This document shows positions 9,114 through 17,557 of a stretch of 64,000 bases of DNA, piece after piece. Positions within the stretch are counted from its first letter, which is position 1; each line of letters opens with the position of its first letter. The stretch comes from an uncultured Gemmatimonadales bacterium (GTDB lineage: Bacteria > Gemmatimonadota > Glassbacteria > GWA2-58-10). The position numbers and the translations under genes were made by a program. A model generated the notes under the pieces. It had not been told where the DNA came from. It made no database searches and was given only the letters and a program-made list of their open reading frames with translations. The stretch spans positions 14,286 to 78,285 of the forward strand of contig CAZJQI010000008.1 of NCBI GenBank assembly GCA_964548275.1, written 5' to 3'.

Positions 9114-10727
9114 ATGAATCAAACAAACTTAAAATTTGTACCTCACCGTCCAGCGGCCAACTGGTTGGTGGAGGATTACCTTGCAGGTAAAAGAGAAGCC
9201 TGCGATTTCTATGGCGGCCATTACGCTGCAAAAGGCAGGCTCGCCGAGGTCGCCGGAAAAGTGGGGGGGAGGCTGGATCGCAGGCAGGTCTCAGATATTC
9301 TCTCGGCCCAGAGGACATTCGAACGGGTAAAAGAGGGCAAAAAGCGTCTGGAGCGCTTTGTCACCAATGGCGGGTATATAATCGCCACAGGACAGCAGCC
9401 GGTCCTTTTTGGCGGGCCGTTGTTTATTATCTACAAGTGTATCAGCACAATCAAGCTGGCCGCTCATGCGGAAAAATTGCTCGGCGTACCGGTTCTCCCC
9501 GTTTTCTGGAATGCCAGCGAGGACCACGATCTGGCCGAGGCCGCCTCGGTCAGCCTTCCCGATCTCCAGAATAACCTCGCCAGGCTAACTTTCTCCGCAA
9601 AGGGAGAAAATAACCGCTCGCTTTGCCAGATTGAAATCGATGAAAGTATTGACTCCCTGTTCGAGCGACTCGGCCAGATCACGCCGGAGACTGATTTTTC
9701 CGGATGGGTATATGATCTATTGGGTTCGGCTTACAGCAGGGGATCGAATCTCGGCCACGCTTTTTCCGATTTTTTGGCCGGTCTGTTTGCAGATTACGGG
9801 CTGTTTGTTGTTGATGCCTGCCATCCCTCGATTCGCCAGAAAAGCCGGGAGCTGTTCGAAACCGAAATCTCTGCAGCCAGGGAAAGCGCCGAGGCAGTGG
9901 GGAAAATGAACCACAGGCTGTTCTCCCTTGGATATCCTCTCCAGATCAAACCGCAGCAGGAAGATACCAACCTTTTTCTTATCCAGCATGGAATACGGGA
10001 AAAACTTCAGCTTGGGCCTTCTGAGGAAGAATTCAGGCTCAAGAGATCAGGGAACTTAATCAAGGCTTCCGAACTGCGCAAGCTCCTGGATAACTTCCCG
10101 GTATCATTCAGCCCGGGGGTGCTGATGAGGCCACTGGTCGAGGCGCATCTTTTCGGCCCCCTGTGCTATGTAGCCGGGCCGGGTGAAATGGGCTATTACG
10201 CTCAGATGTCCGAGCTGTACAAAATCCGCAACCTGCAGATGCCCGTAATTTACCCGAGGTTTTCGGGAATCCTGGTTGAAACCAAGATCACCCGTGTGCT
10301 GGACAAGTACGGCCTGGAGGCACCGGATTTGAGAGCCGGGGTGGATGAGCTTGCCGGCAGGCTTCTCGGCGAAAAGGGCGAACAGGCCCTTTTGCTTGAG
10401 GAAACCGGAAAGATCAGGTCTTTTCTGGAAAAAAGTTTCGCCCGGATAATAGAGCAGGCGCTCCGCTTAGACCCCACTCTCGAGGGCCCGGTTAAAAACA
10501 CCAGAGCTTTGATTGAATCGAATCTCGAACGCATGGAGAAAAAGTCCGCAGCGGCAGCCAGGAAACGCAATGAGACCATTGTCGCCCAACTGGGCAAAGC
10601 CGCCCTTCATCTCTGGCCTAATGGAAAGCCCCAGGAAAGGGAAACAGCCGGAATTTACTATCTGTTTCGCTACGGCCCGGAACTGCTCTCTTTCCTGATC
10701 AAAGAGGCTCCCGTGGAGTTGAACTGA
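9114..10727 (+). CDS. bshC: Bacillithiol biosynthesis cysteine-adding enzyme BshC
   Basis: 537 aa protein containing the BshC core block IATGQQPVLFGGPLFIIYKCISTIKLA ... VPVLPVFWNASEDHDL, and a C-terminal IYYLFRYGP block. Confidence 0.8.
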   Translation: MNQTNLKFVPHRPAANWLVEDYLAGKREACDFYGGHYAAKGRLAEVAGKVGGRLDRRQVSDILSAQRTFERVKEGKKRLERFVTNGGYIIATGQQPVLFGGPLFIIYKCISTIKLAAHAEKLLGVPVLPVFWNASEDHDLAEAASVSLPDLQNNLARLTFSAKGENNRSLCQIEIDESIDSLFERLGQITPETDFSGWVYDLLGSAYSRGSNLGHAFSDFLAGLFADYGLFVVDACHPSIRQKSRELFETEISAARESAEAVGKMNHRLFSLGYPLQIKPQQEDTNLFLIQHGIREKLQLGPSEEEFRLKRSGNLIKASELRKLLDNFPVSFSPGVLMRPLVEAHLFGPLCYVAGPGEMGYYAQMSELYKIRNLQMPVIYPRFSGILVETKITRVLDKYGLEAPDLRAGVDELAGRLLGEKGEQALLLEETGKIRSFLEKSFARIIEQALRLDPTLEGPVKNTRALIESNLERMEKKSAAAARKRNETIVAQLGKAALHLWPNGKPQERETAGIYYLFRYGPELLSFLIKEAPVELN

Positions 10728-10845
10728 ATACCAGGCCGGGATTGCTTGCCGCTGGAGCAGGCGCCTGCTTCGAGTTCATTCGGCGCATTGGTCTGCTTGC
10801 TTTTTAAATAGCCCCGATATAGTTTATTGAAAATGGATCCTCTCG

Positions 10846-11541
10846 ATGAATTCAATTATTGCGAATAACCTGGCTTTGGTGAGAGAAAAGATTGGCCGGG
10901 CCGAGATAAACGCGGGGGTTGCTCCCGGCACTGTGACCCTGGTTGGTGTGACAAAAAACAGGACTGTCCTGGAGATAGAGAACGCAATTTGTGGAGGGCT
11001 GACTGATATCGGTGAAAACCGCTTTCAGGAAGCCGTGAAGAAACTGCCGCAAATCAGACAGCCGGTTACCAAACATTTTGTCGGACACCTTCAGCGAAAC
11101 AAGGTCAAGAACGTGCTGGAGCTATTTGACCTTATCCAGTCTGTTGATTCCGAAAGACTGGCGCTTGAGGTCGATAAGCGGGCTAAACTCCGAGCAACCA
11201 AAGCTAAGATTCTCATGCAGGTAAACACCAGCGGGGAGGAATCCAAGTTCGGTGTTGAGCCTGACCGGGCCGAGCAATTGTACGAGGTTATTGCAGGGTG
11301 TGAAAACCTCGAGCTTTTGGGCTTGATGACAATCGGACTGTTCAGCTCCGACACTGCGGCAGTGGCCGCCTGTTTCAGGAAACTTCGCAAACTGTTCGAA
11401 AAATTCAGCTCCTTCACAGCTTCAACCTGCCGCATGGAAATACTTTCCATGGGCATGAGTTCGGATTATGAAATCGCGATTGCCGAGGGAGCGAACATGG
11501 TCCGCGTGGGCACGGCAATATTCGGCTCGTGCCCTTATTAG
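10846..11541 (+). CDS. yggS: YggS/YlmE family PLP-binding protein (pyridoxal phosphate homeostasis)
   Basis: 231 aa, with VTLVGVTKNRT (PLP lysine) and a C-terminal MGMSSDYEIAIAEGANMVRVGTAIFG block. Confidence 0.85.
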   Translation: MNSIIANNLALVREKIGRAEINAGVAPGTVTLVGVTKNRTVLEIENAICGGLTDIGENRFQEAVKKLPQIRQPVTKHFVGHLQRNKVKNVLELFDLIQSVDSERLALEVDKRAKLRATKAKILMQVNTSGEESKFGVEPDRAEQLYEVIAGCENLELLGLMTIGLFSSDTAAVAACFRKLRKLFEKFSSFTASTCRMEILSMGMSSDYEIAIAEGANMVRVGTAIFGSCPY

Positions 11542-11566
11542 AAACAGTGAAATTGAGGAGGCGAAG

Positions 11567-12469
11567 GTGAAAGTTACTCCACTGGAGCTTAAAAAGGCTG
11601 ATTTCAAGCGGGGATTCAGGGGCTACAGCAAGGATGAAGTCCAGAATTTACTCTCCTCCGCGGCGGAAACCCTCGAGGAATTTATCAAGGAAAACATGGA
11701 ACTCAAGCAGCAGCAGACCAAGCTTAGCGAGCGCTTGAAAAATTTTGAGGACGTGGAAAAAACAATTAACGAAACCTTGATCATGGCTCAAAAAACGAGC
11801 GAGTCAGCCCGGCAGAGTGCGGAACGGGAGGCCGAGTTGACCATTGCCAAGGCCGAGGTCCAGGCAGAGAAAATTCTCGAGGATGCCCGCGCTGAATTGA
11901 ATGCCCTGAAAAGAGAGCTCGAGATGCTTGGGCATGAGAAAAACGCTTTTCTGGTCAAGATGCGTTCCCTGGTGGCAAGCCAGTGGAAACTCCTTCAGGA
12001 GGAAAAAATCAGCGAACCGGTTGTGGCCGAAACAGAAGAAGCAGCACAGCCAGAAGAAGAACCGGCCCGGGAAGAGGCTGAAGAGGCCGGTGTGATGGAA
12101 GAAAAGCTTGAGGAAGCTCAAGCAAAGGAACCAGAAGAGGTTGCCGCAGAGCCTGAAGAAGCAGAAGAAACTGAGAAGCTTCCTGAAGGGGATTTTTCCA
12201 AAAAGCTGGGCGAAATTTTAAAATCAGATACTGAGGAAACCGAACAGGAGACAGCAGAGGAGATTGAGCCCCAGCCCGAGGAGGAGGAAAAGGAGGAGAA
12301 ACTTCTCTGGGAGGAGGAACAACCAGCGGAAGAACAGGAACAAACAGAAGGGGTTCGGAAGGAAGAGGATAAGGAGAAGCCGGATGTGTTCTGGGGTGCG
12401 GATGAAGCCACTGAAGGCGAATCAGATGAAGAAGATGAGTCAGAGAAGGGCAGCAATAGCAAGAAGTAA
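11567..12469 (+). CDS. divIVA: DivIVA domain cell-division protein with long acidic (E-rich) C-terminal tail
   Basis: GTG start with SD GAGGAGG upstream. N-terminus VKVTPLELKKADFKRGFRGYSKDEV is the canonical DivIVA motif, followed by coiled coil. It lies immediately downstream of yggS, as in ylm clusters. Confidence 0.8.
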   Translation: MKVTPLELKKADFKRGFRGYSKDEVQNLLSSAAETLEEFIKENMELKQQQTKLSERLKNFEDVEKTINETLIMAQKTSESARQSAEREAELTIAKAEVQAEKILEDARAELNALKRELEMLGHEKNAFLVKMRSLVASQWKLLQEEKISEPVVAETEEAAQPEEEPAREEAEEAGVMEEKLEEAQAKEPEEVAAEPEEAEETEKLPEGDFSKKLGEILKSDTEETEQETAEEIEPQPEEEEKEEKLLWEEEQPAEEQEQTEGVRKEEDKEKPDVFWGADEATEGESDEEDESEKGSNSKK

Positions 12470-12527
12470 AGGATTAAGTGAAACCTGCAATTGCCTGATA
12501 TTTAACGAATAAGCCAATCGATAAATC

Positions 12528-13370
12528 ATGGGAAAAAGGGAAATGGCGACAACAAACCTCTATGATATGGTAAATGAAGCCTCAACTGAAATTGCAAAGC
12601 GCACGGGTCTTGTCCCTGAAGTGGGGATAATTCTTGGAACCGGCCTTGGAGGGCTTGCGGCCCGGATCGAGATCGAGTGCGCGATTACCTATCCCGAGAT
12701 ACCCCATTTTGTTTCTTCCACTGTGGAAACCCATCAGGGACGCCTCCTGCTGGGAACCCTGAGCGGCAGGAAAGTGATGGCCATGCAGGGACGTTTCCAT
12801 TATTACGAGGGTTACTCGATGCAGCAGATCACCTTTCCGGTGCGGGTGATGAAAGCCCTGGGTGCGGGAACCCTGATCGTGTCCAACGCCTGCGGAGGGA
12901 TGAATCCGCAGTTCGACAAAGGCGACCTGATGCTGATCGAGGATCATATTAACCTTCTAGGCGTCAGCCCCCTTATCGGCCCCAACGATAACCGGCTTGG
13001 TGTCCGTTTCCAGGACATGTGCGAGCCCTACAGCCACGAACTGATAAAACTCGCCGAACAGGTTGCCCTGGAAGAAAAAATCCCGGTCAAGAAAGGTGTT
13101 TATGTGGCGGTTCCCGGGCCGAATCTGGAAACCCGGGCCGAGTACCGTTTCCTGCGGGGAACAGGTGCGGACGTGGTAGGCATGAGTACCGTTCCGGAGG
13201 TTATCGTGGCTGTGCACTCGGGACTCAAGGTACTGGGGATATCGATAGTGACCGATCTCTGTTTCCCTGAATGCCTAGAACCGGCCAATATCGAGGAGAT
13301 TATCCGGGCAGCCGGAGAGGCGGAACCCAAGCTCACGGATCTGATCAGTAAGGTGGTGGGGCGCTTATAA
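12528..13370 (+). CDS. punA: Purine nucleoside phosphorylase (PNP-I/PunA type)
   Basis: ILGTGLGGLA, QGRFHYYEGY, VVGMSTVPEVIVA are classic trimeric PNP motifs. Confidence 0.85.
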   Translation: MGKREMATTNLYDMVNEASTEIAKRTGLVPEVGIILGTGLGGLAARIEIECAITYPEIPHFVSSTVETHQGRLLLGTLSGRKVMAMQGRFHYYEGYSMQQITFPVRVMKALGAGTLIVSNACGGMNPQFDKGDLMLIEDHINLLGVSPLIGPNDNRLGVRFQDMCEPYSHELIKLAEQVALEEKIPVKKGVYVAVPGPNLETRAEYRFLRGTGADVVGMSTVPEVIVAVHSGLKVLGISIVTDLCFPECLEPANIEEIIRAAGEAEPKLTDLISKVVGRL

Positions 13371-13388
13371 CCTTTGCGGTGGTTCCAG

Positions 13389-15419
13389 ATGCGCACTAAT
13401 ATCATCCTGCTTCTAGTCTTTATTTCCGTCTCCCTATTCCCGCCAGATCCTGCTTATTCCCAGGCCTCGAGCGGCGTTGATGCCGCCTGGCGCGGGGATA
13501 TGAATGAAAACGGCGAAATCGATATTTTCGACTTGCTGGGCCTTATGCGTCATCTGGTTTCCGGAAACTTTGTATCAGACAAAAAACAGCAAATCGCAAA
13601 CGTTGACAGATCAGCTGACGGCAAGATTACTGTATTCGACCTTATCGCGCTGTTGAAAATCCTCTCCGGCAGGGAGGAACCCCGACCTGTTATATTCTCC
13701 TGCGGCGTTAATCATGTTTGGGCTGTAGGAGACGGGGAAAAGGTATTCCGCGATGATCTCGTACACCCGTGCATGAACTCGAACAGTATCTGGGACGGAG
13801 ACACGATCCGTTTTAAGGGGTTGTATAACGAGGTTCTCGCCTTTCAGGTGATCGTGATTGCAGGTAATTACGGCGCCTTGTCAGTGGAAGTGTCTGCCGA
13901 TTTTCTGGTACACACTGAATCGGGCGAGGTGATTGCCTCTGCGCAAAATCCTCCATACAGCCACGGCGGCTGGTTCGAGATATTCAGCCAGCACTACATT
14001 CATGTCGAGAATCCGACCAATCCCAACTGGTTTTACGGCTCATCTGCCTCGGCCCCTGCGCGCATGACCGGCTGGATACCGGATGCTCTGATCACCCCGG
14101 ATGCCGAACCCGACAAGGGTGGTTTCCCGATTCATATTCCTTCCTCAAAGGTCCAGGGCTTCTGGGTCGACCTCTTCCTTCCCCGCGACACGATAGCTTT
14201 TTCCCCCGGCGTGTACACAGGGAAACTCCGGGTTCTGGAAGAGGGGTGGGAAGTGGCTGCACTGCCGGTCAAGCTCGAGCTTTTGCCCCTTTATCTGCCG
14301 GATGAAAACCACTCCAATGTCTGGCTGTTCAACAGTGGTGTAAAGCTGTATTTCCCTGAATTGGACTCAACCCAGATCGATACGATGCTCAAGCACATGG
14401 CACACCGGCACAGGATCGATCTGGTAGGGGGCTTCCAGCCGCACCGCTCACAGTTCGATCAGGGGATGATGGATGCTTACAAGCCCTACCTTGATGGTAA
14501 CGCGTTTACCTCGCAAGCTGGCTACAAGGGACCCGGCCAGGGAGAGCCGGAGCACCTTTTCCCGATCGGGATGTACGGCAGCGCTGTATTAGGCGATACG
14601 AAAGAACAGGTGCAGGAGCAGTCAGACCTCTGGGTCGACTGGTTCGAGGCGAACGCTCCGCAGGTGCGCTATTTCTGGTACCTGATCGATGAGCCGGGAA
14701 CTGATAAATTCAACTGGGTCGCCGAGCGCGCAGGCTGGATCCACGACAACCCCGGCTCTGGAAAGCGCCTGCCGGTGTTCACCACCAGAGCGTGGACAGC
14801 GGAACTCGACAATGCAATCGACCTCTGGGCCGGCGGCCGCGGCATGGACCTTCAAAAACTGGCCGAACTGAAAGAACAGGGTGAGGATCACTGGTTCTAC
14901 AACGGGTCGCGGCCCCGTTACGGGTCCGTGATCCTGGAAGCAGAGGCGGTGGATTTCCGCATGAACGCCTGGGCCAAGTATATCTACCAGGTCAATACAT
15001 GGTTTCTATGGCACGGGAACCACTGGCGGCACAACAGTCAGGGCCCCAGAGCGCATGAACATCAGAACGTATTCACTGACCCGGTAACCTTTATCAGCGG
15101 GCCGAACACTTTCGGCAACGGGGACGGGATAGTGCTCTATCCGGGCAACGAACCGTTTTATTCTGATGAAAGCCGCGGATTGAACAAGATTTTCGGCTCG
15201 ATCCGGCTGAAAAACATCCGCCGGGGCCAGCAGGATTACGAGATCATGTGGCTGGCAGAGCAGAAAGCAGGCCGCGAGCAGGTGCTGGAGATCGTGAAGA
15301 AAGTGGTGCCCAGGGCGTTCAGCGAGGTGGACATGGATGAGGCCGTTCCCTGGTCCCAGCGAGGAGACGATTACGACGCAGCCAGGCTGGAGCTGCTGGA
15401 GTTGATATCAGAGCAGTAA
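13389..15419 (+). CDS. Secreted protein with N-terminal dockerin-like double EF-hand module; large C-terminal domain of unknown (possibly carbohydrate-active) function
   Basis: Signal peptide MRTNIILLLVFISVSLF. DMNENGEIDIFDLLGLMRHL and ANVDRSADGKITVFDLIALLKIL form a duplicated dockerin-type calcium-binding loop plus helix. The remaining ~580 aa have no motif I can assign. Confidence 0.6.
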   Translation: MRTNIILLLVFISVSLFPPDPAYSQASSGVDAAWRGDMNENGEIDIFDLLGLMRHLVSGNFVSDKKQQIANVDRSADGKITVFDLIALLKILSGREEPRPVIFSCGVNHVWAVGDGEKVFRDDLVHPCMNSNSIWDGDTIRFKGLYNEVLAFQVIVIAGNYGALSVEVSADFLVHTESGEVIASAQNPPYSHGGWFEIFSQHYIHVENPTNPNWFYGSSASAPARMTGWIPDALITPDAEPDKGGFPIHIPSSKVQGFWVDLFLPRDTIAFSPGVYTGKLRVLEEGWEVAALPVKLELLPLYLPDENHSNVWLFNSGVKLYFPELDSTQIDTMLKHMAHRHRIDLVGGFQPHRSQFDQGMMDAYKPYLDGNAFTSQAGYKGPGQGEPEHLFPIGMYGSAVLGDTKEQVQEQSDLWVDWFEANAPQVRYFWYLIDEPGTDKFNWVAERAGWIHDNPGSGKRLPVFTTRAWTAELDNAIDLWAGGRGMDLQKLAELKEQGEDHWFYNGSRPRYGSVILEAEAVDFRMNAWAKYIYQVNTWFLWHGNHWRHNSQGPRAHEHQNVFTDPVTFISGPNTFGNGDGIVLYPGNEPFYSDESRGLNKIFGSIRLKNIRRGQQDYEIMWLAEQKAGREQVLEIVKKVVPRAFSEVDMDEAVPWSQRGDDYDAARLELLELISEQ

Positions 15420-15476
15420 GACTACCAATCATGCAGGTTTATTTAAACAACCTTTTTTCACATATAAGGAGTCGAT

Positions 15477-17543
15477 ATGATTTCATTTAAAAAAACCGGC
15501 ACCATATTTTTTTTAACAGCTTTTTGTCTTTTGAATCTTCTGGCTTGTATCCCCGGCCAGAAAGCCAAACCCGCCACCCTGCTCGAAGACGATTTCTCAG
15601 GCCTCGCACCCGGCATGTTCTCCGCGCCCGTGGGCCCGCACACCGAGTACCACTACCTGCCCGAGGCTGCCCCGAAAGGCAACTGGGCCGTGAGCTGTTT
15701 CACCTGGGAAAGTGGAGCCCAGCGGGCCTGGTGGGTGATCGAGGAGGCCGGCGCACACGTGATGACCCAGACATTCGACAGCAGGCAGATGACCCACACC
15801 CACCCGATGGTGATCACAGGCGATACCCTCTGGACAGACTATACCGCAACTATAACATTCGCTGCTGACTCGCGCCGGGACCAGTGCGGAATCCTCTTCC
15901 GCTACCGAAACGACCGCTGCTACTATTTTTTCGGGCTGGACAGGGACAGAGCTCTGCTCAAGATGGTGCGCCATGCCACTGATTTCCACAAGCCGTACGA
16001 AAAAGTGTTGGCCGAGAAAGATTTTGCCTGGGAGACAGGCCGGTATTACACTGCCGTGGTCGAGCTCGAAGGTGATAAAATCAGGGCCTCGATCGAGGGC
16101 GGGCCTGTGCTGGAAGCAGTCGACACGACTTATCCTCGAGGCAAGCTGGGGCTGAGCTCGGATGTTCCCGCACGCTACAAATATGTTAAAGTGACCGCCA
16201 CTGCGAAGGAGAAAAAACGGATCGAAAAGGAGAAAGCCGCCGGAGAAGCCGAACTTGCCAAATTTCGAGCAGCCAACCCAAAGCCTGTGGTCTGGAAAAA
16301 AATCACGACAAAAAATTTCGGCGTGGGCCGGAACCTTCGTTTCGGCGACCTGAACCGCGACGGCACCTGTGACGTGCTGATCGGCCAGGTGCACCATCAC
16401 GCAGCCCCTCGCGACAGCTACAGCGAGGTCAGCTGCCTGACTGCAATGACATTCGACGGTGAAATCCTCTGGCAGATCGGCACACCGGATCCTGAGAAAA
16501 ACCATCTCACCAACGATGTCGCATTCCAGATCCACGACCTGGACGCTGACGGCAGCAACGAGGTGGTCTATACCATGAATATGGAGCTGATTGTAGCTGA
16601 CGGCGCCACCGGCAGAACCAGGTACAAGGCGCCGACCCCGAAAGCAAAGGCTCCCGCTGACGACTTCCCCCGTATCCTCGGCGACTGCCTCTTTTTCTGC
16701 GACCTCAGGGGCACCGGCCACGACAGGGACATTATTATCAAGGACCGCTACTGGCATCTCTGGGCCCTGGATGATAAGCTGAATATCATGTGGGAGGGGG
16801 CATGCAAAACCGGCCACTACCCGTATGCACACGATACAGACAGCGACGGCCGCGATGAGGTGGCGATCGGCTACACTCTTTTCGACCATGACGGCAGAAA
16901 GCTCTGGAGCCTGGACGAGAAAGTCGAAGATCACGCCGATGGGGTTGCAGTGGTCGATTTCAAGGAGAACGAGGAATCACAGTTGCGAATATTCTATGCG
17001 GCAAGCGATGCGGGAGTCTTCTACACAGACCTGGAAGGCAATATCCTTAAACATTACTGGATCGGCCACGGCCAGAACCCGGCAGTTGCGGATTTCAGGC
17101 CGGATATGCCCGGGTTGGAGGCTGTCTCGATTAATTTCTGGGGCAACCAGGGAATTATCCATTTTTTCGACAGTCAGGGTGAAATCTACCGCGATTTCGA
17201 GCCCAACCAGTACGGCAGCATGTGTCTGCCTGTAAACTGGACCGGTGAGCCGGGAGAATATTTCGTCCATTCGCCCAATGTTATCGAAGGGGGGATGTTC
17301 GACGGCTGGGGCAGGCCGGTGGTGATGTTTCCGGATGACGGCCACCCGGACATGTGCAACGCAGTGCTCGATATCACCGGCGACTGCCGCGATGAAGTTG
17401 TGGTCTGGGACCCGCACGAGATTTGGGTTTACACCCAGGATGACAATCCGAAACCGGGCAGGCTGTACAAGCCGGTGCGCAACCCGCTGTATAACTACTC
17501 GAACTACCAGGCAACGGTTTCCCTGCCTGGCTGGTCGGAATAG
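15477..17543 (+). CDS. Secreted lipoprotein: N-terminal beta-sandwich domain, then FG-GAP/VCBS-like calcium-binding beta-propeller (rhamnogalacturonan-lyase PL11-like repeats)
   Basis: Lipoprotein-type signal (FFLTAFCLLNLLAC). Repeated DxDxDG-type loops (DLNRDGTCDVLIG, DLDADGSNEVVY, DTDSDGRDEVAIG, DITGDCRDEVVVWD). A coiled-coil linker (KEKKRIEKEKAAGEAELAKF) separates the two domains. Family assignment is inferred, not proven. Confidence 0.5.
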   Translation: MISFKKTGTIFFLTAFCLLNLLACIPGQKAKPATLLEDDFSGLAPGMFSAPVGPHTEYHYLPEAAPKGNWAVSCFTWESGAQRAWWVIEEAGAHVMTQTFDSRQMTHTHPMVITGDTLWTDYTATITFAADSRRDQCGILFRYRNDRCYYFFGLDRDRALLKMVRHATDFHKPYEKVLAEKDFAWETGRYYTAVVELEGDKIRASIEGGPVLEAVDTTYPRGKLGLSSDVPARYKYVKVTATAKEKKRIEKEKAAGEAELAKFRAANPKPVVWKKITTKNFGVGRNLRFGDLNRDGTCDVLIGQVHHHAAPRDSYSEVSCLTAMTFDGEILWQIGTPDPEKNHLTNDVAFQIHDLDADGSNEVVYTMNMELIVADGATGRTRYKAPTPKAKAPADDFPRILGDCLFFCDLRGTGHDRDIIIKDRYWHLWALDDKLNIMWEGACKTGHYPYAHDTDSDGRDEVAIGYTLFDHDGRKLWSLDEKVEDHADGVAVVDFKENEESQLRIFYAASDAGVFYTDLEGNILKHYWIGHGQNPAVADFRPDMPGLEAVSINFWGNQGIIHFFDSQGEIYRDFEPNQYGSMCLPVNWTGEPGEYFVHSPNVIEGGMFDGWGRPVVMFPDDGHPDMCNAVLDITGDCRDEVVVWDPHEIWVYTQDDNPKPGRLYKPVRNPLYNYSNYQATVSLPGWSE

Positions 17544-17557
17544 AAGAGAGGAAAACC

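Noticed and set aside
11468-11566. Upstream extension of the divIVA ORF (track start 11468)
   Set aside because: The extension overlaps the yggS 3' end and encodes an atypical Arg-rich peptide. A GTG with a strong SD at 11567 gives the canonical DivIVA N-terminus.
15597-16934. 445-aa minus-strand ORF
   Set aside because: Antisense of the FG-GAP propeller lipoprotein gene. No start context, low-complexity composition.
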